This document shows positions 20,028 through 29,523 of a stretch of DNA of 64,000 bases, piece by piece. A program made the position numbers and the translations under genes. The notes under the pieces are model-generated. The model searched no databases. It was not told where the DNA came from and was given only the letters and a program-made list of their open reading frames with translations. Within the stretch, counting starts at the first letter, position 1. Each line of letters starts with the position of its first letter. The stretch is from Candidatus Dojkabacteria bacterium (GTDB lineage: Bacteria; Patescibacteriota; Dojkabacteria; SC72). Location of the stretch: positions 3,962-67,961 of the forward strand of contig JBMNPD010000003.1 of assembly GCA_050943415.1 (NCBI GenBank). The letters run 5' to 3'.

Positions 20028-20235
20028 TTTTGTTTAATTTCTCCTTTATTTAGAATCTTTCGGATTATATCAAAAGAAGACTACTAATTCAACAAAAAGT
20101 ATCTGAATTGACCCTTATTTCTATACTTGAAAGAAACAAGGAAAGGATACCAAATAACCCGAACTATTACAAGGTTTTTATATTAAATAAAAAGTATCAC
20201 TTAAAAAACAGAACAGCAGCAATCACTTTTAGAAA

Positions 20236-22017
20236 CTACTTAACTGTAACTGATTTCGCTAGATTTCTCGGTCTATCAACATTATTCCCCAATTTAACAG
20301 AAAGGAAATACGAGATTAGTTGGAAAGGAATAGCATTACTAATACTAGAAATATTACCAACCTGTGGTGTCTCAATATATCTATCAAATAGATCCATCTT
20401 ACTAAATTCTTGACTACCGACACCTATTGTAAAAGCACCTCTTGTCTTTACTTGCTCCATAGCACTAATCAAACTAGCGCTATCTTCACTCTCTTTTGGT
20501 GGAATAATACCAAAAACAATCGTTCCTTTCTCCACTAATGCTATAACACCATGTTTTAACTCTCCTGCCGCAAAACCCTCCACATGTTTGTAAGAAACTT
20601 CTTTAATTTTAAGAGCTCCTTCAAACGCGATATATACATTCTCTCCTTTACCTAAAATAAAGGCACTATCTTTGTTTACCATACAGCTTGAAATATCCCT
20701 TATATTCGCAAAGCTCTCTTTAGTAAAAAGCCTTGTTATTTCTTTAGAAAGCTCCTTGATATTCTTCTTTGCTATCCTGTACTTTCCTACAACACTCATG
20801 GCTAAAAGATATCCCCATGCACACTGTGCCGTAAAAACTTTTGTAGACGCAACGCATATCTCAGGACCCGAGTTTGCATAAAACTCAAAATCAGACAGAC
20901 TACTAATGGTAGTACCGTGCATATTAACTATACTGGCAATCTTGCAACCTTTCTCTTTCATTCCTTCAATTGCTTCAATAGTATCTGCTGTCTCTCCACT
21001 TTGTGAGAATGCAATCACAACATCTCCTTTGTTAACAATAGGAAGATATGATCTGAACTCATAGCTTTTAATCTCCCTAGCATCTACATTTGCAATATTT
21101 CTTAAGAAATACGCAACTTGCCCAGCTGCAAACCCTGCAGTACCAGCACCAATAAGGAATACCTTGTTCCTTTTTTTAACCTCATTAACTAATTGTTCTA
21201 AATCTTTCTCTGTGTAGTTTGTAGCAAAAAGCAAAGTTTCTTTCTGGTCTACTATTTCTTTAAGCATGAAATGTTTAAATTTACCTTTTTCAATATTGTT
21301 ATATTGATGCTTCAACTCTTTTACTTCAATTTTTTTCTTCTTATTTTCAAGAACATCAAAAATTTTAATATCCTTTCCATCTATTTCTACCATATCATAA
21401 TTTTCTAGAAATACAGCTTTATTTGTAGCAAACGAAAAAGAAAGCGTGTCTGAGGAAAGATATACACCATCTTTTGCAATACCAATAACTAACGGAGATC
21501 CATTTCTTAAAGCATAAATCTTTCTATCGTCATGACTTAAAATAGCTACTGTATTCCTGCCTTTCAACCTTTTAAACACATCAACAATAGCCTCTTTAAG
21601 AGACATGTTTTCAAGCTCTTGCTCTATTAATCTAACTATTACCTCTGTATCTGTTTGCGAAACAAATTTAACACCTTTTTTAATTAAACCTTGTTTTAAT
21701 TCAGCAACATTCTCAACCATACCATTTTGAGCGAGTGTAAAATTTCCTAATAACGAAAGATGAGGATGGGCATTAATCTTTGTTACACTACCATGTGTAG
21801 CCCATCTAATATGTCCAATACCGATATTTCCTTTCGGTAACTTCCGAAAAGCACCACTCTCCTTAACTTCACCTAAATCTTTGCATTGGTAAATCTTATC
21901 TTTTCCTAATACAGCCACTCCCCACGAGTCATAACCAAGATATTCCAGCCTCTTGAGGCCATCAAAAATAATATTCTTACTCTCTTTAGTTCCAGAGTAT
22001 CCAAAAATAGCACACAT
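20236..22017 (-). CDS. glmS: Glutamine--fructose-6-phosphate aminotransferase
   Basis: MCAIFGYSG (N-terminal Cys nucleophile), two SIS domains, C-terminus ...DRPRNLAKSVTVK. Confidence 0.95.
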   Translation of the reverse strand: MCAIFGYSGTKESKNIIFDGLKRLEYLGYDSWGVAVLGKDKIYQCKDLGEVKESGAFRKLPKGNIGIGHIRWATHGSVTKINAHPHLSLLGNFTLAQNGMVENVAELKQGLIKKGVKFVSQTDTEVIVRLIEQELENMSLKEAIVDVFKRLKGRNTVAILSHDDRKIYALRNGSPLVIGIAKDGVYLSSDTLSFSFATNKAVFLENYDMVEIDGKDIKIFDVLENKKKKIEVKELKHQYNNIEKGKFKHFMLKEIVDQKETLLFATNYTEKDLEQLVNEVKKRNKVFLIGAGTAGFAAGQVAYFLRNIANVDAREIKSYEFRSYLPIVNKGDVVIAFSQSGETADTIEAIEGMKEKGCKIASIVNMHGTTISSLSDFEFYANSGPEICVASTKVFTAQCAWGYLLAMSVVGKYRIAKKNIKELSKEITRLFTKESFANIRDISSCMVNKDSAFILGKGENVYIAFEGALKIKEVSYKHVEGFAAGELKHGVIALVEKGTIVFGIIPPKESEDSASLISAMEQVKTRGAFTIGVGSQEFSKMDLFDRYIETPQVGNISSISNAIPFQLISYFLSVKLGNNVDRPRNLAKSVTVK

Positions 22018-22034
22018 ATCCTTTATACCATTAT

Positions 22035-22172
22035 TTTAGATTTGGGAACTGTTAATTACTTTTTGGAATTGTAGTAATCTTTAGGCAAACAGTATTACCT
22101 GAAGGTATCCGCTGATTGTCTCGATTTCCTTCTCCTCGTAGTAGCTTCCTTACGACTACCCATACGCTTTTA
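22035..22172 (-). ncRNA. Candidate glmS ribozyme (GlcN6P-sensing self-cleaving RNA) in the glmS 5' leader
   Basis: Minus-strand read AAAGCG UAUGG GUAG..CUAC U ACGAGGAGAAGGAAAUCGAGACAAUCAGCGGAUACCUUC. This matches the ribozyme core GACGAGGAUGGAGGUUAUCGAAUUUUCGGCGGAUGCCUCC, with P2 pseudoknot arms GAAGG/CCUUC where the consensus has GGAGG/CCUCC. A 5' A-GCG cleavage-site context is present. Downstream are P3-like (AGG..CCU) and P4-like (GAUUACU..AGUAAUU) hairpins. It ends about 20 nt before the glmS SD AAAGGA. Boundaries are approximate. Confidence 0.6.
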
Positions 22173-22251
22173 TTTTAAATACCCCATTTATATACTACAA
22201 GATATAGCAGCACAGAGCAAATTCGATATTTTAGAATCAGGTTCAACAGAC

Positions 22252-22902
22252 CTACAAATTTAAAACCTTAACAACATTCTTATGAATTTCATCAATTGAA
22301 GGTGATGCATCTACTTCTATCAAAATACCTCTCTTCCTATACTCTTCAAGTATTGGTTGTATCGTCCTATTGTATTCTTTCAATCTTTCTTTAATCTTTT
22401 CAGGCTGATCATCTTCTCTTTTTTCTAATTTAGCAGAGCATTTTGTACAATATCCTTTCTCCTTTTCAGGCTTGTATTTATCATGATATGTAGCAGCACA
22501 TTTAGGACAGTACCATCTAAGTGACATTCTCTCTATTGCAGCCTCTTCACTCAATGTAAAGTGAACGAACTTATCTAATTTTCTACCTTTCTTTTCCAGT
22601 AAATCATCAAAGAGAGGGATCTGTCCAACATCTCTTACTACGGATACAAATGCCCAATTCTTAGTCGGATCATACTTATCCAACCATTTGGGCAACATTC
22701 TATATATTATTTCATTTGGAACAAACTTTCCTTGACTAACATATTTATCAGCTTCTATAGCATCAGAATCATTCTCTAACAACATTTTACGTAACATCTC
22801 TCCTGTACCGATACTCTCAAAATTGTATTGTTCTACTAACAAGTCAACTTGTGTGTCCTTACCACAACCAGAAGGACCATGAAAAAGAAAAGTCGTCTGC
22901 AT
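22252..22902 (-). CDS. adk: Adenylate kinase with a zinc-lid
   Basis: P-loop GPSGCGKDTQ and LID Cys4 CPKC...CTKC. Confidence 0.9.
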   Translation of the reverse strand: MQTTFLFHGPSGCGKDTQVDLLVEQYNFESIGTGEMLRKMLLENDSDAIEADKYVSQGKFVPNEIIYRMLPKWLDKYDPTKNWAFVSVVRDVGQIPLFDDLLEKKGRKLDKFVHFTLSEEAAIERMSLRWYCPKCAATYHDKYKPEKEKGYCTKCSAKLEKREDDQPEKIKERLKEYNRTIQPILEEYRKRGILIEVDASPSIDEIHKNVVKVLNL

Positions 22903-22931
22903 TGATATAAATAATATGTAAATTAAAAAAC

Positions 22932-22944
22932 ACCCTTAAGGTAG
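22932..22944. repeat. REP-like palindrome CCTTAAGG upstream of RAYT-like gene A
   Basis: ACCCTTAAGGTAG, related to ACCTTAAAGGTAT at 23612. Confidence 0.35.
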
Positions 22945-23071
22945 TATGATAATGTTATCACATAGGGCTTAGATGTAGCAAGTTAACAAATTTTTAAGAA
23001 ATTATCGGCTAATTTAATAAAAGAAAATTTGATTTAACCTATTTTTAATAATTACCATATATCATTTAAGA

Positions 23072-23530
23072 ATGAGGACAAGTTTAGAAAAAGATATTAT
23101 TTATCATATATATAACAGAGGAAATAGAAAACAAACTATTTGTTTTACTAGAAAGGATTACGCAAAACTCCTTAATCTATTTTACAAATACTTTGATTAT
23201 CGCTCCTTTAATATTATTTCTCTTTGTATTATGCCCAACCATTTTCATTTGTTGGTTGTCAGAAACAGCAATCTAAACACCGAAAGAGCTATACAGAATG
23301 TCTCTTCTGTATATGCGAAATATATAAATAAAAAATACGGAGTAGTTGGGCATCTATTTCAAGGTACATATAAAAGAAAGAAAGTTACTGATATTGTCTA
23401 TTTTGAGAAGTTAGTTAAATATATTAACAATAATCCTATTGAATTAAGTCCTCACACACCTTTTATCCTCAAAGAAAATAGAAAACTGATTAACTACTAC
23501 AAAATGATTCTTTCTACAGAATCCGAATAA
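23072..23530 (+). CDS. Small HUH-type transposase-like protein (IS200/IS605 Y1 or REP-associated tyrosine transposase family), copy A
   Basis: Motifs YHIYNRGNRK and the HuH box CIMPNHFHLLVV. GHLFQGTYKRKKV carries the presumed catalytic Tyr, compared with the RAYT WQxRFY/IS200 FWARGY context. A paralog is at 40026-40550. Confidence 0.65.
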   Translation: MRTSLEKDIIYHIYNRGNRKQTICFTRKDYAKLLNLFYKYFDYRSFNIISLCIMPNHFHLLVVRNSNLNTERAIQNVSSVYAKYINKKYGVVGHLFQGTYKRKKVTDIVYFEKLVKYINNNPIELSPHTPFILKENRKLINYYKMILSTESE

Positions 23531-23611
23531 AGTAGCTTTTTCCAGCCCATAGAAACTTAAATATTTATGAAATAACTCTAAATAACCCTTACTAGGAGTA
23601 GCAAAACAACC

Positions 23612-23627
23612 ACCTTAAAGGTATTTA
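23612..23627. repeat. REP-like palindrome ACCTTAAAGGTATTTA downstream of RAYT-like gene A, overlapping the secY stop codon
   Basis: Near-identical to 13533-13548 (16 nt, 1 mismatch). Confidence 0.4.
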
Positions 23628-24880
23628 TTATAGCTTCTGACCGTTATCATTGATTCAATTTCTCTTTTTATCTCAAGAACTACACCAACTACAATTAGGA
23701 GGCCAGTCCCAGAAAAGACTGATCTTGGTATCAAACCTGTCTGAACAACAACATCTGGCAAGATAGAAAGAATAGCAAGGAAGATAGCACCTATTGCTGC
23801 CAATCTAAAGCTAACTTTTCGTAAATAATCAGAGGTGTTATCACCTGGTCTTATACCTTGTATAAATGCACCTTGTTTTTGCAAATTCTCTGCTAATTCA
23901 TCTGTTTTGAATACTACGGTTAGATAGAAGAATGAAAAGGCTATGACCAATACAAATATTAAGGAGTTATATATATATGGATTGTTCAACCAATCTAATA
24001 TTTTCTGCATAAAATCAGTTAATCCTTGATTATAGTTTTTACTTACAAGAAATTTTCCTATTAGCTGAGGGAATGAAATAAATGCCATAGCAAAGATTAC
24101 TGGCATTACTCCTGACTGAGTAGGCTTTATTGGAATATAGCTTTCCATTGCACCACCTGTTCTTACTCTTCTAGAATACTGTACTTTTACTCTCCTTTCA
24201 GCTTGTGTGACAAAAACAACGGATACTATTAAGAATATTGAAAATACTGTAAATACAATTTTTTGGCCAACATCCATTGTCATAAAATTTGTCCTTATGG
24301 TACCAGGTATTCCTGAGAGGATTCCAAGCATGATTAGATATGATGATCCTCCACCTAAACCACTCTCGGATATTAACTCTCCAAACCACATCATTACTAC
24401 AGAGCCAGCTGTTAATGTTGCAGACATTGCTACGAGTTCTAATGCTCCTAGTTGTGGTATTAATCCCATTGCAAGTAATGAGGAGTATATTACAAATGAT
24501 TGTAAGATGGCTAAGGGAACTGTTGCAAGTCTTGTATACATTGATATTTTTCTTCTTCCCTCTAGTCCTTCTTTTTGTAACTCTTCTAGTTTAGGAATTA
24601 CTGTAGCTAATAATTGGAAGATGATTGAAGCGTTAATATATGGTGTCAAACCTATTGCAACAATTGATGCTGTTTCTAATACTCCTCCCGAAACAGTAGA
24701 GAGTACTTCTCCTACTCCTGTTCCTTCAAACAGCTGTCTTATGGCATCTGCAGGGATTCCTGAAACTGGTATAGCAGAAAGTACTCTGTATACAACCATG
24801 ATCATCAACGAGTAGAGTATTTTTTTTCTAATTTCCTCTGTTTTCCAAATGGACTTTAATTTTTCTATAAATTTGTTCAT
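23615..24880 (-). CDS. secY: Preprotein translocase subunit SecY
   Basis: Ten TM helices and N-terminus MNKFIEKLKSIWKTEEIRKKILYSLMIMVVYRV. Confidence 0.95.
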   Translation of the reverse strand: MNKFIEKLKSIWKTEEIRKKILYSLMIMVVYRVLSAIPVSGIPADAIRQLFEGTGVGEVLSTVSGGVLETASIVAIGLTPYINASIIFQLLATVIPKLEELQKEGLEGRRKISMYTRLATVPLAILQSFVIYSSLLAMGLIPQLGALELVAMSATLTAGSVVMMWFGELISESGLGGGSSYLIMLGILSGIPGTIRTNFMTMDVGQKIVFTVFSIFLIVSVVFVTQAERRVKVQYSRRVRTGGAMESYIPIKPTQSGVMPVIFAMAFISFPQLIGKFLVSKNYNQGLTDFMQKILDWLNNPYIYNSLIFVLVIAFSFFYLTVVFKTDELAENLQKQGAFIQGIRPGDNTSDYLRKVSFRLAAIGAIFLAILSILPDVVVQTGLIPRSVFSGTGLLIVVGVVLEIKREIESMITVRSYNKYL

Positions 24881-24891
24881 TTTCTTCGAGA

Positions 24892-25335
24892 TTATTTAAT
24901 AACCCCACCAGACTTTTTTATTTTTTCAATGGCAGTAGTAGATAATTCAATTCCTTCTATTGTTAATTTCTTCTTCAAATCTCCATTTCCAAGGATTTTG
25001 ATTTTTTTAGAATTCTTTTTAACAATTCCTTTACTCTTCAAATTTTCTGGACTTACAGTATCTCCTGATTCGAAATATTTCTCCAATGTTCCTACATTTA
25101 CGGCACTTGCTTCCTCTTTGAACTTTCTATTAAATCCTTTATATTTTGGCATTCGTCTAAAGAATGGTACATTTCCTCCTTCAAAGAATTGCAATGATTT
25201 ATGTCCTGATCGTGATTTTTGTCCTTTTGTTCCTCTTCCTACAGTATGTCCTCCGACTCCTGATCCATAGCCTCTTCCAAGTCTTTTTGATTTCATTATT
25301 CTATTTTTTCTTTTTGGTATATTCTCTAAATTCAT
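24892..25335 (-). CDS. rplO: 50S ribosomal protein L15
   Basis: KRLGRGYGSGVGGHTVGRGTKGQKSRSG. Confidence 0.95.
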   Translation of the reverse strand: MNLENIPKRKNRIMKSKRLGRGYGSGVGGHTVGRGTKGQKSRSGHKSLQFFEGGNVPFFRRMPKYKGFNRKFKEEASAVNVGTLEKYFESGDTVSPENLKSKGIVKKNSKKIKILGNGDLKKKLTIEGIELSTTAIEKIKKSGGVIK

Positions 25336-25976
25336 TACTTTTCTTTACTTACTTTAGCTTTCTTATCTGTTTTCTTTTGAAATTTTTCTTTTCTTGATGC
25401 TTTTTCTTTCTTATGTTCTTTTCTCTTTTTATCTTCTTTTGCTTTCTTTTCTTTGTCAGCGGCTTCTTTGAGCTCGATTCTATCTCTCATCTTTGTCATT
25501 CTGCTCAGTACTCTGTCACTTCTCAATGCTTTTAGTGCTTTAAATGTGCAGTATGCATTTCCATTTGGATCAGGACTTCCTAGAATTTTGCCGTATACAT
25601 TATCCACACCAGCCATCTCTAGTACTGTTCTTACGGATGAACCAGCAATTACTCCTGTACCTGGTCTTGCAGGTCTTAGCAAAACTATTGAAGCTCCATC
25701 TTTCATCAACATCTCATGTGGAATGGTATCTCCAACAAGCTGTATTTTAGTTGCATATTTAGAAGCTAATCTTTCTCCTTGTTCTACAGCACCTCTTACA
25801 TCAGCACCTCTTCCTAATGCTACACCTACTGTACCGTGTCTATCACCTACCACAACTACAGTACTGAATCGCAATCTTTTACCACCTTTAGTTACTTTTG
25901 CAACTCTTCTTATTGGTAACGATTTCTTATCGTACATTTTTCTTTCTTTGTTGTTTTTTCTAATTTTCTCGTCCAT
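25335..25976 (-). CDS. rpsE: 30S ribosomal protein S5 with a Lys-rich C-terminal tail
   Basis: RVAKVTKGGKRLRFSTVVVVGDRHGTVGVALG, then the tail KEAADKEKKAKEDKKRKEHKKEK.... There is no L30 gene between S5 and L15. Confidence 0.95.
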   Translation of the reverse strand: MDEKIRKNNKERKMYDKKSLPIRRVAKVTKGGKRLRFSTVVVVGDRHGTVGVALGRGADVRGAVEQGERLASKYATKIQLVGDTIPHEMLMKDGASIVLLRPARPGTGVIAGSSVRTVLEMAGVDNVYGKILGSPDPNGNAYCTFKALKALRSDRVLSRMTKMRDRIELKEAADKEKKAKEDKKRKEHKKEKASRKEKFQKKTDKKAKVSKEK

Positions 25977-25985
25977 GTTTTTATT

Positions 25986-26312
25986 TTAAATTTTAATATC
26001 TTGTTTTCTCAATTCCTCTACAAATTCTTGTATTAATCCATGGTATTTGTAACCACTTCTATCAAATACTAACGAATCAAATTTCTTAGCTTCTTTTCCA
26101 AATTTCTTAGCCATATCTAATATATCTTTGCCATTTTTCTTTGACATAAATGACTTAATTACAGTGTTTTTGTCATCATCTGCTATTCCTGCATAGAAAT
26201 ATTTGTTGCTTTTGAATACAAATACTCTTGGCTTCTCAGAAGTACCACTTAGATTCTTTCTAATGTGTGCTTTTCTTCTTATTCTTTTTTCTTTTTTAGT
26301 TGTTTTTGACAT
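25986..26312 (-). CDS. rplR: 50S ribosomal protein L18
   Basis: KRIRRKAHIRKNLSGTSEKPRVFVFKSNKYFYAGI. Confidence 0.9.
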   Translation of the reverse strand: MSKTTKKEKRIRRKAHIRKNLSGTSEKPRVFVFKSNKYFYAGIADDDKNTVIKSFMSKKNGKDILDMAKKFGKEAKKFDSLVFDRSGYKYHGLIQEFVEELRKQDIKI

Positions 26313-26335
26313 CTTCTTAGTTATATATTTTTATC

Positions 26336-26875
26336 TTACTTAACACTTGATTTAGAACTCTTTCTTCTAACATACTCACCTTCGTATCGTATTCCTTTTC
26401 CTTTGTAAGGTTCTGGTTTTCTAATTTCTCTAATTGCTGCTGTAAATTCTCCTACTTTCTGTTTATCGTAACCTTTAATTGTAATCTTAGTTTCTTCTGG
26501 AACTTCTATTGTTATTCCTTCTGTTGGTTCTATCTTTACAGGATGGTTCCAACCTAAGCTCATAACTAATGTTTGTCCTTCCATTCTTGCTCTGTAACCA
26601 ACTCCTACTAATTCTAATTTTTTCTCGAATCCATTTTTTACTCCTTCGATTGCATTTTTAATCATCATTCTGTATGTACCGTGATTTGATTTTGACTGTT
26701 TCTCATCATTTTCTCTAGCAACTGTTACCTCTCCATTTTCAATATTACAAGATATGCCTTCTGGTAATGTAATTTTTAGTTCACCTAAAGGACCTGTTAC
26801 AGTAACTTCATTCTCTATCACTACTACTTCTACTCCTTCTTCAATTTTAATTGGTTCTAATCCTACTCTTGACAT
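26336..26875 (-). CDS. rplF: 50S ribosomal protein L6
   Basis: MSRVGLEPIKIEEGVEVVVIENEVTVTGPLG. Confidence 0.95.
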   Translation of the reverse strand: MSRVGLEPIKIEEGVEVVVIENEVTVTGPLGELKITLPEGISCNIENGEVTVARENDEKQSKSNHGTYRMMIKNAIEGVKNGFEKKLELVGVGYRARMEGQTLVMSLGWNHPVKIEPTEGITIEVPEETKITIKGYDKQKVGEFTAAIREIRKPEPYKGKGIRYEGEYVRRKSSKSSVK

Positions 26876-26881
26876 ATTTCA

Positions 26882-27259
26882 TTACCAAACTTCACATATT
26901 AATTCACCACCAAGGTTTCTGCTTTTTGCTAATGCTCCAGACATGAGACCTTCTGATGTACTGATTATGGAGATTCCTCTTCCATTCATCACTGGTTTAA
27001 TTTCTTTCTTTGACACATAGATTCTTTGACCAGGCTTACTTATTCTAGTCAATTTTGTTAATACTGACTCGTTGTTTTCATAGAGCAACTCTACTTCTAT
27101 TGTGTTTCCATTCTCTTCGTAGTTCCCTATCATTTTTTCATTCTTTAATACTTCAAGAATAGCCCTGTTCATATTTGTATTAACAACAAGGACTGTGTCT
27201 TTCTTTCTCATTATTCCATTTTGTATTCTTGCTAGTAAATCTGCTATTAAATCGTTCAT
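26882..27259 (-). CDS. rpsH: 30S ribosomal protein S8
   Basis: MNDLIADLLARIQNGIMRKKDTVLV. Confidence 0.95.
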   Translation of the reverse strand: MNDLIADLLARIQNGIMRKKDTVLVVNTNMNRAILEVLKNEKMIGNYEENGNTIEVELLYENNESVLTKLTRISKPGQRIYVSKKEIKPVMNGRGISIISTSEGLMSGALAKSRNLGGELICEVW

Positions 27260-27275
27260 TTTTATATTTATAAAA

Positions 27276-27470
27276 TTACCATATAGATTTTTTTACTCCA
27301 GGTACTTTTCCTTCGCTGGCTAATTGTTTAAAACATATTCTACAAATTCCATAATGTCTGAGATATCCTCTTGCCCTTCCACAAATCTCGCACCTATTAT
27401 ACACTCTAGTGCTAAATTTAGACTTCTTTTTTAATGCTTTTGCTTTGTATTCTTTAGCTGTTGTTGACAT
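27276..27470 (-). CDS. rpsZ: 30S ribosomal protein S14 type Z (zinc-binding)
   Basis: [39 protein letters not shown] prefer the second Met (27470) as the start, because the first Met at 27491 would overlap the rplE 3' end. Confidence 0.85.
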   Translation of the reverse strand: MSTTAKEYKAKALKKKSKFSTRVYNRCEICGRARGYLRHYGICRICFKQLASEGKVPGVKKSIW

Positions 27471-28008
27471 CTTTTCTAAAAGGGAATCCAAATTTATCTA
27501 AAAATAACTTCGCTTCTTTATCATTTTCTGCAGTTGTTACTAATGTAACTTCTAAGCTTCTTATCTTTGTAACATTATTAGGATCAATTTCTACAAAAAC
27601 TGTGTGATCTTCTATTCCAATTGTGTAGTTACCATGTCCATCGAATGATTTTGTGCTTAATCCTCTAAAGTCTTTTGTTCTTGGCAATACAACATTTACT
27701 AATTTGTCAAAAAACTCCCACATTCTCTGTCCTCTTAAAGTAACAGATGCTCCAATCTCCATTCCTTCTCTTATTTTAAATGCAGAGACTGCTTTCTTTG
27801 CTTTGTTAATAACTGGTTTCTGTCCAGAAATTTTAGCAAGTATTTCAACAATTTCATCCATTGCGGCTTTATTTGTAAGACTCTCTCCTGCTCCTACATT
27901 TATAACTATCTTCTTCAGAGTAGGTACTTGCATAATGGACTGATATTTGTTCTCTTCCATTATCTCTTTCTTAATTCTTTTGTTGTATTCGTCTAATAGT
28001 CTTGCCAT
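27454..28008 (-). CDS. rplE: 50S ribosomal protein L5
   Basis: [29 protein letters not shown]. Confidence 0.95.
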   Translation of the reverse strand: MARLLDEYNKRIKKEIMEENKYQSIMQVPTLKKIVINVGAGESLTNKAAMDEIVEILAKISGQKPVINKAKKAVSAFKIREGMEIGASVTLRGQRMWEFFDKLVNVVLPRTKDFRGLSTKSFDGHGNYTIGIEDHTVFVEIDPNNVTKIRSLEVTLVTTAENDKEAKLFLDKFGFPFRKDVNNS

Positions 28009-28010
28009 TT

Positions 28011-28406
28011 TTATTTTTTAGTTTCTTTCTTAATTTTTTTATTATCTTTTTTAGTTTCTTTTTCTTCTTTCTTTTCTACTTTTGTTTCTTTTTTAGTAGT
28101 TACGATATCTTTTCCACACTTCTTACATACTCTAATAATTTCTTCTCCTTCCTTTCTTAATCCAACTCTTGTAGGTTTACCACATAAAGGACATACAAAC
28201 ATTACTTTAGAGATAGGGAAAGGTTTCTCTATTGTTAAGATTTCAGAAGTTCTTGTTCTTCCATCCCCCTTTAGATGTCTCTTGTACAGATTTAAGCCCT
28301 CTACAACAAGAGTTCTCTTCTTAGGGTTTAGAGCAACAACAGTTCCTCTTTTCCCTGCTTCTTTTCCGTATAGTATTTTTACTGTATCTCCTTTTCTAAT
28401 TTTCAT
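28011..28406 (-). CDS. rplX: 50S ribosomal protein L24 carrying a Cys4 zinc-ribbon insertion and a Lys-rich tail
   Basis: N-terminal KOW domain MKIRKGDTVKILYGKEAGKRGTVV, then CPLCGKPTRVGLRKEGEEIIRVCKKCG, then the tail KKETKVEKKEEKETKKDNKK. Confidence 0.9.
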   Translation of the reverse strand: MKIRKGDTVKILYGKEAGKRGTVVALNPKKRTLVVEGLNLYKRHLKGDGRTRTSEILTIEKPFPISKVMFVCPLCGKPTRVGLRKEGEEIIRVCKKCGKDIVTTKKETKVEKKEEKETKKDNKKIKKETKK

Positions 28407-28415
28407 TGTTTTTAT

Positions 28416-28787
28416 TTATAATACTTCTGGTGCTAAAGAAACTATTTTATCAAAACCTCTTTCTTTTAGTTCTCTAGCAACAGGACCAAATATACGACTT
28501 CCTTTAGGTGTTTTATTTTTCATATCAATTAAAACCACTGCATTATCATCAAATCTTATGTAGGAACCATCTTTTCTTCTATGTTCTTTGTTTGTTCTTA
28601 CTATTACTGCTTTATGCATTTCATGATCTTTAACTCCTGCATGTGGTATTGATTTCTGTATAGAAACAGTAACCACATCTCCTATTCCTGCATATCTTCT
28701 ATTAGAAGCACCTGGTATACCTATAACTTTGGCTTCTCTTGCTCCGCTGTTATCTGCTACTGTAAGTATTGTTTCTTTCTGTACCAT
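28416..28787 (-). CDS. rplN: 50S ribosomal protein L14
   Basis: [24 protein letters not shown]. Confidence 0.95.
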   Translation of the reverse strand: MVQKETILTVADNSGAREAKVIGIPGASNRRYAGIGDVVTVSIQKSIPHAGVKDHEMHKAVIVRTNKEHRRKDGSYIRFDDNAVVLIDMKNKTPKGSRIFGPVARELKERGFDKIVSLAPEVL

Positions 28788-28788
28788 A

Positions 28789-29043
28789 TTAATCTTTCTT
28801 AATTACTACCCATCTTATTTTCTTTGAAAGAGGTTTACTCTCTCTAATTGTTACTTTATCTCCTATATTTAGTTCTTCATCTGTTCTAGCAAAGAAAACT
28901 TTCTTCCTTTTAACAACCTTTTTGTAAACAGGATGCGCTTCTAACCTATCAACTCTTACTTTAACGGTTTTATCCATCTGATTTCCTATCACAACTCCCT
29001 CTATTATTCTTTTGTTGCTTTTTCTTGTATTATTTTTTTCCAT
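28789..29043 (-). CDS. rpsQ: 30S ribosomal protein S17
   Basis: [30 protein letters not shown]. Only 49 nt separate it from rplP, and there is no L29 ORF. Confidence 0.9.
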   Translation of the reverse strand: MEKNNTRKSNKRIIEGVVIGNQMDKTVKVRVDRLEAHPVYKKVVKRKKVFFARTDEELNIGDKVTIRESKPLSKKIRWVVIKKD

Positions 29044-29092
29044 ATTATTAATAACGGCTTGTATTTTATCAATTATTTATGTTATTCACAAG

Positions 29093-29506
29093 CTAAATCT
29101 CTTGTCTTGATACAAATTTTGTCTTAACTGAAAATTTATGTCCGGCCAATCTCAAAGCTTCTTTACAAGTTGTTTCGTCCAAACCTCCTATCTCTAGTAA
29201 CATAGTTCCTGGCAAAACTACTGCTACATATCCCTCTACAGCTCCTTTTCCACCTTGCATTTTACTGTTAATTGCTCTCTGGGTATAGGATTTATGTGGA
29301 AAGATTTTTATCCATACTTTACCTTTTCTTTTTGTATAGTTAGAAACTGCTCTTCTTGCCGCTTCTATTTCCCTTGCATTAATCCAACCACACTCTATAG
29401 ATTTGAGTCCATATTCACCAAAAGTTACTTTATTGTTTACAGTAGCAACTCCTTTCATTTTTCCTCTAAATTCTTTTGGATGTTTTCTTTTTTTAGGCTG
29501 TAACAT
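29093..29506 (-). CDS. rplP: 50S ribosomal protein L16
   Basis: MLQPKKRKHPKEFRGKMKG... Confidence 0.95.
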   Translation of the reverse strand: MLQPKKRKHPKEFRGKMKGVATVNNKVTFGEYGLKSIECGWINAREIEAARRAVSNYTKRKGKVWIKIFPHKSYTQRAINSKMQGGKGAVEGYVAVVLPGTMLLEIGGLDETTCKEALRLAGHKFSVKTKFVSRQEI

Positions 29507-29523
29507 ATTTATTACTTAATATT

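Noticed and set aside
20108-20413. Track ORF of 101 aa on the + strand downstream of infA.
   Set aside because: It overlaps the glmS 3' end on the opposite strand and spans the infA-operon promoter region; it has no coding signal.
24207-24815. Long antisense ORFs (e.g. 24207-24815 + inside secY, 25453-25989 + inside rpsE, 55375-55854 + and 47791-48282 + inside large minus-strand genes, 37722-38138 + inside fusA).
   Set aside because: They lie entirely within, and antisense to, well-supported conserved genes. Their products are low-complexity. This is typical of stop-codon-poor antisense frames.
27471-27491. Longer S14 start (first Met, 71 aa) and longer L3 start (33245).
   Set aside because: The upstream Met of S14 would overlap the 3' end of rplE. 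The upstream extension of L3 ([16 protein letters not shown]) is hydrophobic and unlike L3. Internal Mets give canonical N-termini.
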